A stretch of DNA of 63,678 bases, the filler included, from Craspedostauros australis (Eukaryota): the NCBI GenBank assembly GCA_030167865.1. It is 11 parts of 11 records of this genome, joined end to end, with 100 filler letters (N's around TTAATTAATTAA, not from the genome) between each part and the next. Parts side by side here need not be neighbours in the genome. Positions count along the whole stretch, not along the records: positions 52,098 to 55,286 come from JALAGF010006159.1; positions 55,387 to 57,505 come from JALAGF010006161.1; positions 57,606 to 61,838 come from JALAGF010006163.1; positions 61,939 to 63,678 come from JALAGF010006169.1; 7 more parts are not named here. The stretch is one strand, 5' to 3'. Below the pieces are notes generated by a model. It made no database searches. It was not told the origin of the DNA and worked only from the letters and a program-made list of their open reading frames with translations. Below are positions 52,098-63,678 of the stretch, one piece after another (within the stretch, counting starts at the first letter, position 1; every line of letters begins with the position of its first letter). Both the position numbers and the translations under genes were made by a program.

Positions 52098-55000
52098 TTT
52101 TCCAACATCAATGACAAACAATTCTTGAGTGAGATTTCTTGGCTTCACAACGTCAATCAGTCATTTGACTGGATCCGCAATGAGTTGATGAGGCACGACA
52201 GCTCCATCGCCAACTCCAAGATCGAACAATCCCCACAGTGCAACCGGCGCTAACAGCAGAAGAAGGACAGGCAAACCAACTGTAAGCGTCGCTACGAGGC
52301 GCCAACAGTGGACCAAAGGCCCTTGGCAATGTCCCTGCTGATGGACAGCGTCTTCTGCCGGCTTCCGACCCACATGCAGGTGCTCGTCGTGAAGTCTGCG
52401 CTTTACTTCCGCAAACACGGCNAGCCAATCAACGAGGACACGCCCAAGAACCTCAAACNAGCGGAGTACGCAAAGAACCTCCAACTTCCCACCATGTGAA
52501 GATCTCACAAGAGAGCCTGGACCAAAGTGTCCCCAGCGTGCAGTGGAAAGGAATACGGACCATGCGACAACAGTTCGTGACAATCAATGACAGACACAAC
52601 TCGCCGCCAGTCGGAGATCATCATACATATCAAGCCCCACGACTGTAGGGGAGACGCGCGCAGCTGCGGAGAGAAGATCCAGGTGTGCACGCCTGGAGGT
52701 ACTACAAGAGTTGGCGCCAAGTGGAACCCACCCGACTGTCAACCACTTTCTTTGCAGGGCAAGAGCAACAAGCAGTAGCCAAGGCTACATCGTTTGACTC
52801 AGGGGTGGACAGCGACATTGTACATGAATCCGGATGGGTGGTGACCCAACAACACCAACAGACGTTCCATGCTCACGGGGCAACAATGGCCTCACCAATC
52901 AAGGCATTCCAGATGGTCGACGCGGTGTCAGTATATGAATCTCCAACAGGCGATGTGATCCTCATCAAGGCAAAATATGTGGCTCTGGATAAGCACCCAC
53001 ATCAGATGGAATCATTGTTTAATACACATCACATGCGCGTGCCTGGACTGAATGTATACAATCACCTCATCCAACACCAGGGGCAACAGCGCATTGCATC
53101 AGGTGACACCAGCATCCCACGGGCCAACCATGGTGGCAACACCCTGCGNNNNNNNNNNNNNNNNNNNNNNNNNNNNNNNNNNNNNNNNNNNNNNNNNNAC
53201 GGACCATGCGACAACAGCTCGTGACAATCAATGACAGACACAACTCGCCGCCAGTCGGAGATCATCATACATATCAAGCCCCACGACTGTAGGGGGAGAC
53301 GCGCGCAGCTGCGGAGAGAAGACCCAGGTGTGCACGCCTGGAGGTACTACAAGAGTTGGCGCCAAGTGGAACCCACCCGACTGTCGACCACTTTCTTTGC
53401 AGGGCAAGAGCAACAAGCAGTAGCCAAGGCTACATCGTTTGACTCANGGGTGGACAGCGACATTGTACATGAATCCNGATGGGTGGTNACCCAACAACNC
53501 CAACAGACGTTCCATGCTCACGGGGCAACAATGGCCTCACCAATCAAGGCATTCCAGATGGTNGACGCGGTGNCAGTATATGAATCTCCAACAGGCGATG
53601 TGATCCTCATCAAGGCAAAATATGTGGCTCTGGATAAGCACCCACATCAGATGGAATCATTGTTTAATACACATCACATGCGCGTGCCTGGACTGAATGC
53701 ATACAATCACCTCATCCAACACCAGGGGCAACAGCGCATTGCATCAGGTGACACCAACATCCCACGGGCCAACCATGGTGGCAACACCCTGCGCATCCCC
53801 ATTTGGAAATTCACAGCTCATGAGCTAAAACTCAATAATCATGTCACGATATGCAACTGACACCAGCGCCTTCGGCGGAATAACCAGGGAATCCATTTCA
53901 CCGACATGATCAAACACTTCCCACACCAGGTTGTTGAGAAGACAATGGCGGCATCCACCCAACTGGCGGACAGACCAATCGAGGCAGAGTCACGACTCAT
54001 CCCATGGCAGTACCGAACACAATGAGCTGGAGTGCTCCAGCCGCAATGAATCCAAGGCAGAGTCAATACGGACCCCTTCTTTTCCACAGTGCAATCAATT
54101 TGGCATTCCAAGTGCTTCCAACTCTTTGTCCACAGCAAACCAAAATTCATCTGGGCAAAGCCGCTCCAAAGAGAGGCAATGGCGCCAGGGGCACTCATGG
54201 ACTTCATCCTCAATGTCGACGCACCGGATACCCTTGTGTCCAACAACTTGCAGGTCCAATCAGGAAAGGCCCTGGAANNNNNNNNNNNNNNNNNNNNNNN
54301 NNNNNNNNNNNNNNNNNNNNNNNNNNNATGGACTTCATCCTCAATGTCGACGCACCGGATACCCTTGTGTCCAACAACTTGCAGGTCCAATCAGGAAAGG
54401 CCCTGGAAAGCGACCACATCCAAGCACATGATCAAGCACTACTTCACTACGCCCATGAACCAGAACCAGAACAGAGCGGAACGCATGATCGGCGACATCA
54501 AGTGGCATGCTTATCAGTTGATATGGGCGGCATCCGCGCCACTCGAATTCTGATGTTTTGCATTGCAGCATGCCATCGATGTGTGGGACTATATGGACAA
54601 GGGCAGCATCCAGTGGAGGACACCAATTGAACTTTTCCATAGCAACATGCCCGACATTTCCATGTTCCAATCCACTTTCTTCCGTCCTGTGTTGTTCTTC
54701 GGGCCAATGACAAAGTTCCCTGAGCATCCATTCAAACTGGGCTATATCCTGGGCATCGCGTGAATTCACAGGGATCCATTCACTTACCATATCTGGTTGC
54801 CACAAGACGAGGATATCAAGTGGGGCACAGTCCTCATGCGCAACATCGCCAAGCCGCATATTCTGGAATACGCAGACACTCCGCACATCAGCAATGGAGA
54901 CATACAACGAATTGCAAGGCTCAACCTCATTGACGCAACCACAAACAGCGCTTCGGGTGGCAGGGCATGAGCAAAGACAATACCGGCTGAGCCCGCTCGA

Positions 55001-55286
55001 CAGGTCCAATAGGCCATCGATGCGATTGCCGTGTGGCCAAGAGCGGCGGCTCGCATCCCGGAACCTGGTCCAACGAGGGTCAGGAAAATCGAGGTCAACG
55101 CAAACACAGCTTCACTAGAGGACCAATGGTTTGGACAGCCAAATGTTGTGCCTCATGACGAAGACACGAGCGGAAATGACACTGCAGATGTGATCTTGGA
55201 CGGTGATGACAATGGTGACAGCCAAATACCTGGCGACGTCTCTGAGTAGCTCGATAATTTGGCGGCAGTACCCATGCTAGATCCTT
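52098..55286 (+). mobile_element. Degenerate copy of copia family D (gag end, protease, integrase)
   Basis: Collinear with ~31850-34250 (VILIKAKYVALDKHPHQMESLFNTHHMR, KFIWAKPLQREAMAPGAL); many stops and frameshifts. Confidence 0.92.
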
Positions 55287-55469
55287 NNNNNNNNNNNNNN
55301 NNNNNNNNNNNNNNNNNNNNNNNNNNNNNNTTAATTAATTAANNNNNNNNNNNNNNNNNNNNNNNNNNNNNNNNNNNNNNNNNNNNGATGACCAGGCACA
55401 AGCGATTTTCTCCCTTCCCGCTCTTTCCCATCATCGCCTCTCCATCATCACTACATTGGTGCTCCTTGA

Positions 55470-56830
55470 TCACTTGGATGATTTGGCGGACTTACTCGTT
55501 TTGCTGTCTTTCGATGATTTTGACCCCTTCGCTTCCTTCATGCTCCAGGCCAGGGTTGGTTGAGAAGATGATGCGGAGGATGGTGTGGGCGAGGGCATGA
55601 ATGGTGGTCCGGATGACGGCGAAGGTGACGGTGTGGATGATGGCAGAAGCGATGGCGCAGCGGATGTCATGTCCGATGGTGCACCCGCAGCCAACACTGT
55701 CAGAGAGTCGTTGTTGCAGAACTCCAACGATCCCATGAAGAAGTCGTTGAAGCCTTCGTGAGGGACATCAGGATACTCTTCAACCTCTTCGCTTGACAAC
55801 TCTGGGAACATGATGAACGGCCATCCCTCACATTCGAACCAGTCTGGTGTTGTAGGCTCGAAGTCCCCCGTGGCATCATTCCATGATTCTGTTTGCGTAT
55901 CCACACGGATGGCGACCATGCCGTCGCTTGCTGAAAAAGAAAGCGGTGGATTGAACGAGATCACATCGGTGAACTCGTCTGCACCTCTCGCCTCGATGGT
56001 TCCGGATGCAATCTCCGTCCAGGTACCAGGCGCATCCCATGAGCTGGGATGGTAGAAGATGGAATATGGTTGATTACCCACGGTGGATAGAGCAGGTCTC
56101 ATGCCAGTGATATCGACGGTGTCCACCACCTCAATATCGAATCGCTGCGATTCCACTTGGTCGATAAAGAACGGCCGAGGAAGGCCCACTGCTTCCCCGC
56201 TTCGACAAGTAGCTGTCGGCGCCAGGGTCGGAGCGACAGATGCCAAGGCTGTCGGTGATGCTGTGATGGAGGGGGAGAGTGATTCGGTTGGCGTCGCAGC
56301 GGCAAGGCCGCGACAGAATTCGAACACTCCCGGAAAAGCGAATACAACATCTGGAACGATGCTGGATGGATTGTCATCAACTTCCACGCTGCCAAGTCCC
56401 GCAGGTACGCCGAACGGGCAATTCGGGCGGTCTTCAATGGGAGGCTCGAGGCAAGGTGGGGAAGTCCGCGCGGAAGTTCCTCAGCCGGTTTGCCATATCG
56501 ATGCGAAAGGAAACCAGGCCAGTATCCGCTGGAAAGGACAGAGGCGAATCAAATGGAAGAGAGGCCGTGAAACCATCAGAGTCGACTTCTCCGTTGTTGC
56601 CAGAGGCGATCTGAGTCCAATTCCCGTTGTCCACCTGCCAGATGTGGGGATGGAAGAAGATCTTGTATGGCATGTTAGAACAGCCAGGAGCCAGAAACAC
56701 ATTGATGGAGTTAATTTGAACGTCTTCAACAATGAATACATCGAATCTGAGAGGTTGAGAGGTTTGATTCAAGAGGTCTCCGTCAGTGGCTGCGAATCTC
56801 CATTCCTCGCAAAGCGGTGCCGGTGTGGGA
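55470..56830 (-). CDS. Probable secreted/cell-wall protein with two tandem homologous domains, P/S/T linkers and a C-terminal KxxK tail; 1-bp frameshift near 56460; 5' exon(s) likely near 57100-57270
   Basis: RFDVFIVEDVQI...PYKIFFHP..W....WTQIASG...FDSPLSF...GLVSFRID versus RFDIEVVDTVDI...PYSIFYHP..W....WTEIASG...FNPPLSF...GMVAIRVD; ends KEAKGSKSSKDSKTSKSAKSSK*. Confidence 0.75.
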
Positions 56831-56947
56831 TGCTGCAGCGTGATGTCATAGTTGTTGTGAGGGGTACAGTTGTTGCAGTTCAAGTTGATTGAGCGAATTC
56901 GTTCCGTCCGATTTGTTGTGATGATCGCAAGTACAGGCAGCGTGAAC

Positions 56948-56952
<5 letters not shown>

Positions 56953-56980
<28 letters not shown>
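56953..56980. repeat. (GA)14 microsatellite, probably intronic
   Basis: Direct reading. Confidence 0.92.
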
Positions 56981-56985
<5 letters not shown>

Positions 56986-57605
56986 TGGCGGAAGAGTCCG
57001 GAGTGAGTGCGAGCATACATACATGCTACACACATGCATACATCCATGCATGTATACGAACGAATGGACGTATTGTACGGATTCAGCAGGCGAAGAACCC
57101 AACATGGAAGACGTCAGTGAAGGCCACCAGAGGGCAATGAGTGCGATGATCCGGGTGACTCACCGTTGTATTCCCCATGGCGCTTGCTGTTGGGACTGCA
57201 CTCGCAGCGATCATCGCCGCAAATAGTGCATCAGCGTCGAATGGCCACAGTGCCTTCATGATCAACATGCCAGCGTTGTGATTGATGGAAGAGAAGAACG
57301 GCCAATGCTGTATCGATTGCACTGGAGTACGGATGCCCATGATTTGTGTTGAACAAAGTTGCCTTCGCCTCCTTGAGATTGTCTGATCAAGTCTGTGCTT
57401 CTCACCACCTGCGCCGTCACGCCACGATCCAGGAGGCAAGTCTTCGTCTGCTTGCTGCGGAATGTTGCTTCATGAGATGCCACAAAACAGATATCGCCAA
57501 ATCAANNNNNNNNNNNNNNNNNNNNNNNNNNNNNNNNNNNNNNNNNNNNTTAATTAATTAANNNNNNNNNNNNNNNNNNNNNNNNNNNNNNNNNNNNNNN
57601 NNNNN

Positions 57606-60600
57606 TGCGCCTGAGTTGTCTTCAAATGCCTTGCAGTAGACTTTGGGCTTGTATCGGTTTGGCGTGATTCCCAGGTCACACATCTCTTGTAGCATGTGCA
57701 TCATGGGTATGACTTCACGCAGAGCTGTGGATAGGCTGATGAATTCTGCCTCGGTGGTACTCAAAGCGATCTCCGTCTGCAGCTTGGATGCCCACGTCAC
57801 TGGACATCCAGCGAACATGATGATGTAGCCGGTTCTGGACTTGGATGTGCTGGGGTCTGTTGCCGCTGTCTCCTTGTTCCATAGTCCCACAAAGTCTGCG
57901 TCTGCATAGCATTCGAAACCCTTGTCCTTGGGATCGAGGATGATTCCCTCGTCTCTGGTTGATCTCAGGTATCGTATGATGTGATGGACTGCATTGGTGT
58001 GCGATTTCTTTGGGTCTTGGCAGAATCTGGCTGCCTGGTGCACTGCATATGCTATCTCTCCTCTCGTGGATTTCTCAAGGAAGTTGAGCTTTCCAATCAC
58101 TGATCTGTAGTGCCATGCCGCATTGTGTGGTGGTCCATCTTCGTCCTTGTTGAGGATGGTGGTCGATTGTGCTGGTGTGTCGCGAGGCCGAGTGTTTGGT
58201 CTGAAGTTGACGTCTTCGACCAGTTGATCGATGAGATGTGGTTGTGCCAGCTTGATTCTTCCGTCCTCCATTTTGGTGATGTGCACGCCGAGGTAGTCTG
58301 TGATGTCTCCCTCGTCAGTCATGTTGTATTTGGACTGCATGTTGGCGAGGATCTCTTCCACTTGCTCCTTGTCTGGCCCAGCGAGGATGCCGTCGTCGAC
58401 GTATACAAGGAAGATTGTCCTTCCCTTGTAGTAGACGCATCTATCGTACTTGCTTTGCACGAACCCCATGTCGAGTAGGCCTTTGTGCAGATGTTCGTTC
58501 CACACACGCCCTGCCTGTTTCTGTCCGTACAGGTTCTTCACGAGTTGGAGGACGTGGGACTTGTTGTCGCCCCCTTGTAGTTTCACTCCAGTAGGTATTT
58601 CCATGTATATGGTGGTCTCAACGTCAGCCTGCGGGTATGCCAGGATGAAGTCCACCTGCTTGGTGTGCCAGTCGAGCATGATGCTGAGTATGAGGACCAG
58701 CCGGATGGATATCCAAGTGACCACTGGGGCGTAGGTTTCCCAGTAGTTCACTCCCTTCTCCTGCTGACCGCCATAGACGTTCAGCCGAGCCTTCCATCGA
58801 TATACCTCTCTCGTCTTGAGCCGTCTCTTTCGTTTCATGGACCATACCGATGATAGCACCTTGTGCTCCTTGGGAACCTGGGTGCGTGGGATCAACTTCC
58901 AGTGACCGTTGTCGTGATGTGCATCGATCTCCTTCTGCATGGCCTCTTTGAATTTGTCTCGATCCGGCTGTGCCATTGCTTGGTGATAGTACATCGTATC
59001 TGGGTCCGCACTGGCTGCAAATGCTAGTGGGTCATCATATGCCGTAGGGTCGAAGCTGTCATGATCAAGATGGTAGTTGGCCACCTCGTACGCCGCTGGG
59101 ATGGCGATTACGCCTGTCTCGATGTTCTCCAATACCTTGCGCGATGGTGTTCTGTTCCTGCTCGATCGCCTGAGGCCTGTTGGTGCCATTGTGGGGTGTT
59201 GCCCTGCAACCGCGCCGTCCTCTCCGATATCTGATGGTTGCTCACCGATGCCGATCTGGTTCTGATCCATTGTTGGTGCGTTCTGTTGCAGTCTCTCGTC
59301 CACCATGGCATCAGTCTCGATGTCTTGGTTCTGCAGAGTCTCCTCGGTGTCGGGTTCTGCCACAGTCGCTGATTGCTTGTTGATGTATTGTTCAGGAGCT
59401 CCCTCGGGCATCGTGATGCGTTTTGTCTTGCTCTTGCTGTGGCCCAGCTGTGGACTTAGCTTTGCTAGCTGTTTCCATTTGCTGTGGTTGTTGTCCATGT
59501 CTGGAGCCACGGTTTGGAACATGTCGTCACATTTGATGTGGAATTGAGGAGATACCAATCCGGTTCTTGGATTGAGTATCAGAGCAACTGACTTGGCGTG
59601 AACTGGAGATATTCCGATGTAGATGCCAAGCCGTGAGCGTGATAGCCACTTGGGTTGGCTTCCTCCTGATGCCAGCCTTGAGTTGAGTACGTATGTTGGG
59701 CATCCGAAAGTGTGGAAGTGTTTCAGCTGTGGTCTGACCTGTGCACCTGTGAATCTTTCGATGGGTGTTTGGCCTTGATGCTTGACCATTGGCGCCGAGT
59801 TGATGACTTCGTTAGCCATTCGAAGAGCGTATGGCCAGAGCGCGATGGACATTGCTGCCTTCCATCGGATGGATGCATGCAATATCATGGTGCGAGCCGG
59901 TTCCATGAGATCCCTGATGCGCCTTTCGGCTACTCCATTCTGGAAGTGTGCCTCTGCCGCGCAGAAGGTGATTGTCTGTCCCGTCCGATCGATGTGATCT
60001 CGCCATAGATTCTCAGCGAACCTGCCGTTGTCTGCATGATAATGCTTGACTTGGACATGGTGGCTGCGAGCATAGGCTTCGAAGGTCTTCTTTGCGTTCA
60101 GCGTCTCTTCAGCGTTTGTGCTCTTCTGTAGGTGCACGTAACTGAGTCTGCTGTAGTGGTCCACAAATATTGTAGCTGCCCGATACCTCTGGTTGGTCAG
60201 CTTGCCTTTCACTTGACCAATGAAGCCAGGAGTGGGTGACTCGAGTTGATCCACGGATATGCAGTCGCCAGGCTGGTTGATGGGCACTGGTCTGATGGTG
60301 CGCTGTTGCTTGGCTCGAGTTCGCCATGGTCTCTTGGTTGCCTTGCCGTACGAGCAGCTGGCGCACACTGGTAGTTGGCAGTGCTTGAACTTCGATGGCA
60401 GTTCTCCCGTGTTAGCCATGTGTCTCATTTTGTTGAATGAGATGTGGCCGAGCCTGTAGTGAACCTGAAGCATTTCTGCTGTGTTGGTTCCTGCGTATTC
60501 GTTGTTCGTGTGGATGGTTCTTCCGGCTGGTGAGTCCCTGAAGTCGATTTGCATGGGGATGCTCCTCTCTTTCGTGGTGGATGGCTTGTCTGTTTGGAGC

Positions 60601-61580
60601 CTTTCTGTTGTTGCTCGCTGTCGTGCCGGAAGTGGTTGTTGCTGGTGGGAGACTTCGTCTGTCGACTCATCGTCTCCCTCGGAGTCCGTGATGTGATCTT
60701 GGTTTGAGGTTTCGTGAACCGATTCCTCATCGCTCACGATGTTGGACTCGCTGTGAGGTTCTGTGGTGACCTCTGGAAGCATGTTGTTTGCCATGCAGTA
60801 GGTTGCAAAGCACTTGATACCTGGTGCCGACTGAAGCATTCCGATGTTGGACTTGCTCAGTGGTATGGTTCTCTTGTGCTTGCGGTTGTCCCAAAAGAGC
60901 TCCATCTTGTCACCAAGTGTCAGACACCCAGTTCCGTGTGTGTCTCCCTTGGATTGTGCCCAGTGTTGTGGGCACAGTAGTCGGAATGGTAGATCAGGTT
61001 GATATGCCACGTTCTCAAGTGTGATGGTGTGCTTGATGCCGAGGTCGTCTTGTATCTTCCATCTCACCTTGCCCATGTATCTGATACGGGCCTGTCCGAC
61101 ACCTCTGACCTGTTGGTTGACTTGTTTTGGTTTGCCAACGAAGTCGCTGAGTGTGTTGGTGAACGAGGTTGACGCGCAGTTGTCGACAGCGATGTTGAAC
61201 GAGTCGGAGTCGAATCTTGCTGTGGATGTTGCGTCTCTTCTGTGCTTGGGTTGAGCTTGTTGTGCCATCGCCCAGAGCTGAGTGAGGGGACCCGTCGGTC
61301 TCTTTGTCACTATCTTGGCTCTGCGATGTTTGGTGCTGTAAGCGTAGATGCGTCGGCACCTGTTGCGGCTTGGCTTGAGCCTGCGGCGCTTGAAGCATTG
61401 GCGACGGATAACCTTACCGGTTGCTGTCGTCATTGCTGCTCCAACCGCCCACACAATCTTTCCTGTGACATGCATCACAAGCTCTGCGGTGATGAGCAGG
61501 AGCCATGTGATGATGTGTTGGATTGAGTTGAGGAGTGGTCTGCAGATAGCAAGAGCCATTCTTGCGATCCGACCTGAGTT
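57606..61580 (-). CDS. Pol, family F, in frame with gag after TGA; first ATG at 61559
   Basis: IAVDNCASTS protease, HYRLGH...CASC, ISVDQLES, HYHADNGRF, QNGVAERRI, KARLNVYGGQQ, LYGQKQAGRVW, VYVDDGI, YADADF, ALSTTEAEF, FEDNSGA. Confidence 0.95.
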
Positions 61581-61838
61581 TCAGTACTCTTCCTCGTCCG
61601 AGTCTTCCATGATTTGATACATGGCGACTCTGAGCTTGTCCGCCTTTGCCTTGCTGAGTGGCTTGTCGGCTTCCTTCTCTTTCTTCTTGTCCTTCGACAT
61701 GCGGCATTCCTTGGGATCGTGACGGACCCACTTGCCCTTGTCGCCGTGGTTCGGGCACCACCAGATGTCCTTGCCATTCTTGTCGGACTTCTTGTGCGGT
61801 TCCCCGGCGTTGGGAGGAGTCAGGTACCAGGGAGTATC
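61581..61838 (-). CDS. Gag C-terminus, family F (no ATG-led ORF in the track; read directly)
   Basis: DTPWYLTPPNAGEPHKKSDKNGKDIWWCPNHGDKGKWVRHDPKECRM...EDSDEEEY* with a C-x2-H-x8-H-x4-C finger. Confidence 0.85.
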   Translation of the reverse strand, partial: DTPWYLTPPNAGEPHKKSDKNGKDIWWCPNHGDKGKWVRHDPKECRMSKDKKKEKEADKPLSKAKADKLRVAMYQIMEDSDEEEY

Positions 61839-61938
61839 NNNNNNNNNNNNNNNNNNNNNNNNNNNNNNNNNNNNNNNNNNNNTTAATTAATTAANNNNNN
61901 NNNNNNNNNNNNNNNNNNNNNNNNNNNNNNNNNNNNNN

Positions 61939-63678
61939 AGGCGTGTCAGAGAACAACGTGTCCATGGAAACAACATCGTGTAGTCGACTGACATTGGCTG
62001 CGGGGAATCTAGATTTATAGTGCTTACGCATGGGATAACGCTCAGACATGCGGTACCACTGGGTAGTACATGCAAGAGTGTCACGCACGCGGTCTGCTGG
62101 AATCCACCCNNNNNNNNNNNNNNNNNNNNNNNNNNNNNNNNNNNNNNNNNNNNNNNNNNNNNNNNNNNNNNNNNTTGCCTTCTCCCCATCCCCGAGCGTT
62201 GCAGCGGATTGAACGTACTGAACGCACTTGGAGATGGTGATGTCGATGTCGTTGTCGTCGCCTTCGCCGCGTTCGGTTGCGGGAATGTTGTCCAGATCAG
62301 CCTCTCCGTCCAGGACAGATGGGTCCCATTCTTGGTCGGAAGTGAAGAACACGTGTGGCAGATCATCTAGCTCTGCCTGAGTTGGCCTGTGCATGTCCAT
62401 GTATGCGAGGCCTTGACGCACGGTGAGCGGGATGACGAATCCGTCTGGCGTGACGATGGTCTGCCGACCGCNNNNNNNNNNNNNNNNNNNNNNNNNNNNN
62501 NNNNNNNNNNNNNNNNNNNNNGGTCCGCTGGAATCCACCCAAAGTACGGCCGTAGCGCATGGAAGTTGGGCGCTTTACCCACGATGTTGCGTGGCCCGGC
62601 CTTGACCGCCTTCTCCCCATTCCCAAGCGTTGCAGCGGACTGAGTGTACTGAACGCACTTGGAGATGGTGATGTCGATGTCGTCGTCTTCGCCGCGTTCG
62701 GTTGCGGGGATGTTGTCCAGATCAGCCTCCCCGTCCAGGACAGATGGGTCCCACTCTTGGTCGGANNNNNNNNNNNNNNNNNNNNNNNNNNNNNNNNNNN
62801 NNNNNNNNNNNNNNNNNNNNNNNNNNNNNNNNNNNNNNNNNNNNNNNNNNNNNNNNNNNNNNNNNNNNNNNNNNNNNNNNNNNNNNNNNNNNNNNNNNNN
62901 NNNNNNNNNNNNNNNNNNNNNNNNNNNNNNNNNNNNNNNNNNNNNNNNNTTGGCAGAATGGATGGTGCGCCCTTTCCCGTAGTTGGCGTACTGATGGAAC
63001 CAACCGATCACCGGCCCTGAGGTGGTCTGGATGACAGCGGTGGCTGTGACCAGCGCCAGATCCTTGATCTCTGCGTCGCCGATTCCAGAGACATCAGCAC
63101 GGTTGGACGTGGACTCCATCACCAGCATNNNNNNNNNNNNNNNNNNNNNNNNNNNNNNNNNNNNNNNNNNNNNNNNNNCCCGTAGTTGGCGTACTGATGG
63201 AACCAACCGATCACCGGCCCTGAGGTGGTCTGGATGACAGCGGTGGCTGTGACCAGCGCCAGGTCTTTGATCTCTGCGTCACCAATTCCAGAAACATCAG
63301 CTCGGTTGGACGTGGACTCCATCACCAGCATGTCATCGCCAACGAGACCGCCGTTCGCACCTCCATCCACCAATGCGCCTTGCACAGCCACGTTCGTGTT
63401 GTTGAACGTGTACGATACGTTCGTGTGAGACAGGGTGTAGGTGCGACCGTCAATGACGAGGGTAGCCGGCGGGCTCCCAGACGCGCTAGACATGGCATTG
63501 GAAAGCATACGGTTGATTGCTGTGCCAGCGGTAGAACTAGACTCGTTATTGTTACTACCATTGTCGTTGGTCTGGGTGTCCTGTTGGTCGTTCCGGTTGG
63601 ATGTGGATCCACTGCGGTTGGTGTTGTTGGCGGAACGCCTAGGCTTGTCCTTCTTACCACGTCCAGACTTGGCTCGCC
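61939..63678 (-). mobile_element. Ty1/copia family E fragment (gag end, protease, integrase start), gapped and partly duplicated
   Basis: GALVDGGANGGLVG, FHQYANYGKGRTIHS, IVTPDGFVIPL, FTSDQEWDPSVLD, HYKSRFPAANV, VSMDTLFSDTP. Confidence 0.9.

Larger units (their letters stand above)
57606..61838 (-). mobile_element. Ty1/copia family F internal region (gag end plus intact pol)
   Basis: Gag zinc finger then a >1300-codon uninterrupted pol frame. Confidence 0.95.

Noticed and set aside
13930..61894. Ten TTAATTAATTAA palindromes (possible piggyBac TTAA sites or regulatory motifs)
   Set aside because: Each is centred in exactly 44+44 Ns, so it is an artificial linker; adjacency across linkers has no biological meaning

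Overview
Eukaryotic draft assembly, most likely a diatom or related stramenopile (inferred from CoDi-type Ty1/copia elements, KxxK-tailed and PSxxPS-repeat secreted proteins, and an 89-bp GT-AG intron). The window is not contiguous DNA. It is 11 scaffolds joined by artificial N44-TTAATTAATTAA-N44 linkers, and many internal 50-N gaps are flanked by duplicated contig overlaps. Scaffold 1 (1-13885) holds host genes: AMPK/SNF1 beta subunit, a two-domain Cys-rich secreted protein, a disrupted Fpg/Nei glycosylase with a SAP domain, a DnaJ-X fragment and a membrane protein. Most of the rest is transposons: at least six Ty1/copia families (labelled A-F here) and a PIF/Harbinger-like element. Highlights: (i) two unrelated copia families separate gag and pol by a single in-frame UGA, one followed by the CARYYA readthrough motif (conserved in a diverged copy) and one by a strong hairpin, suggesting programmed stop-codon readthrough; (ii) family A has non-canonical TA...TA LTRs, a primer-binding site matching the tRNA-Asn anticodon arm (half-tRNA priming), and a ~850-aa extra ORF with a KOW/Tudor-like motif between RNase H and the 3' LTR; (iii) a Harbinger-like transposase lies head-to-head with a spliced, NLS-bearing HSP20/alpha-crystallin-like gene; (iv) old element copies show clear CpG decay. 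All domain calls are by eye from motifs; no database searches were run.
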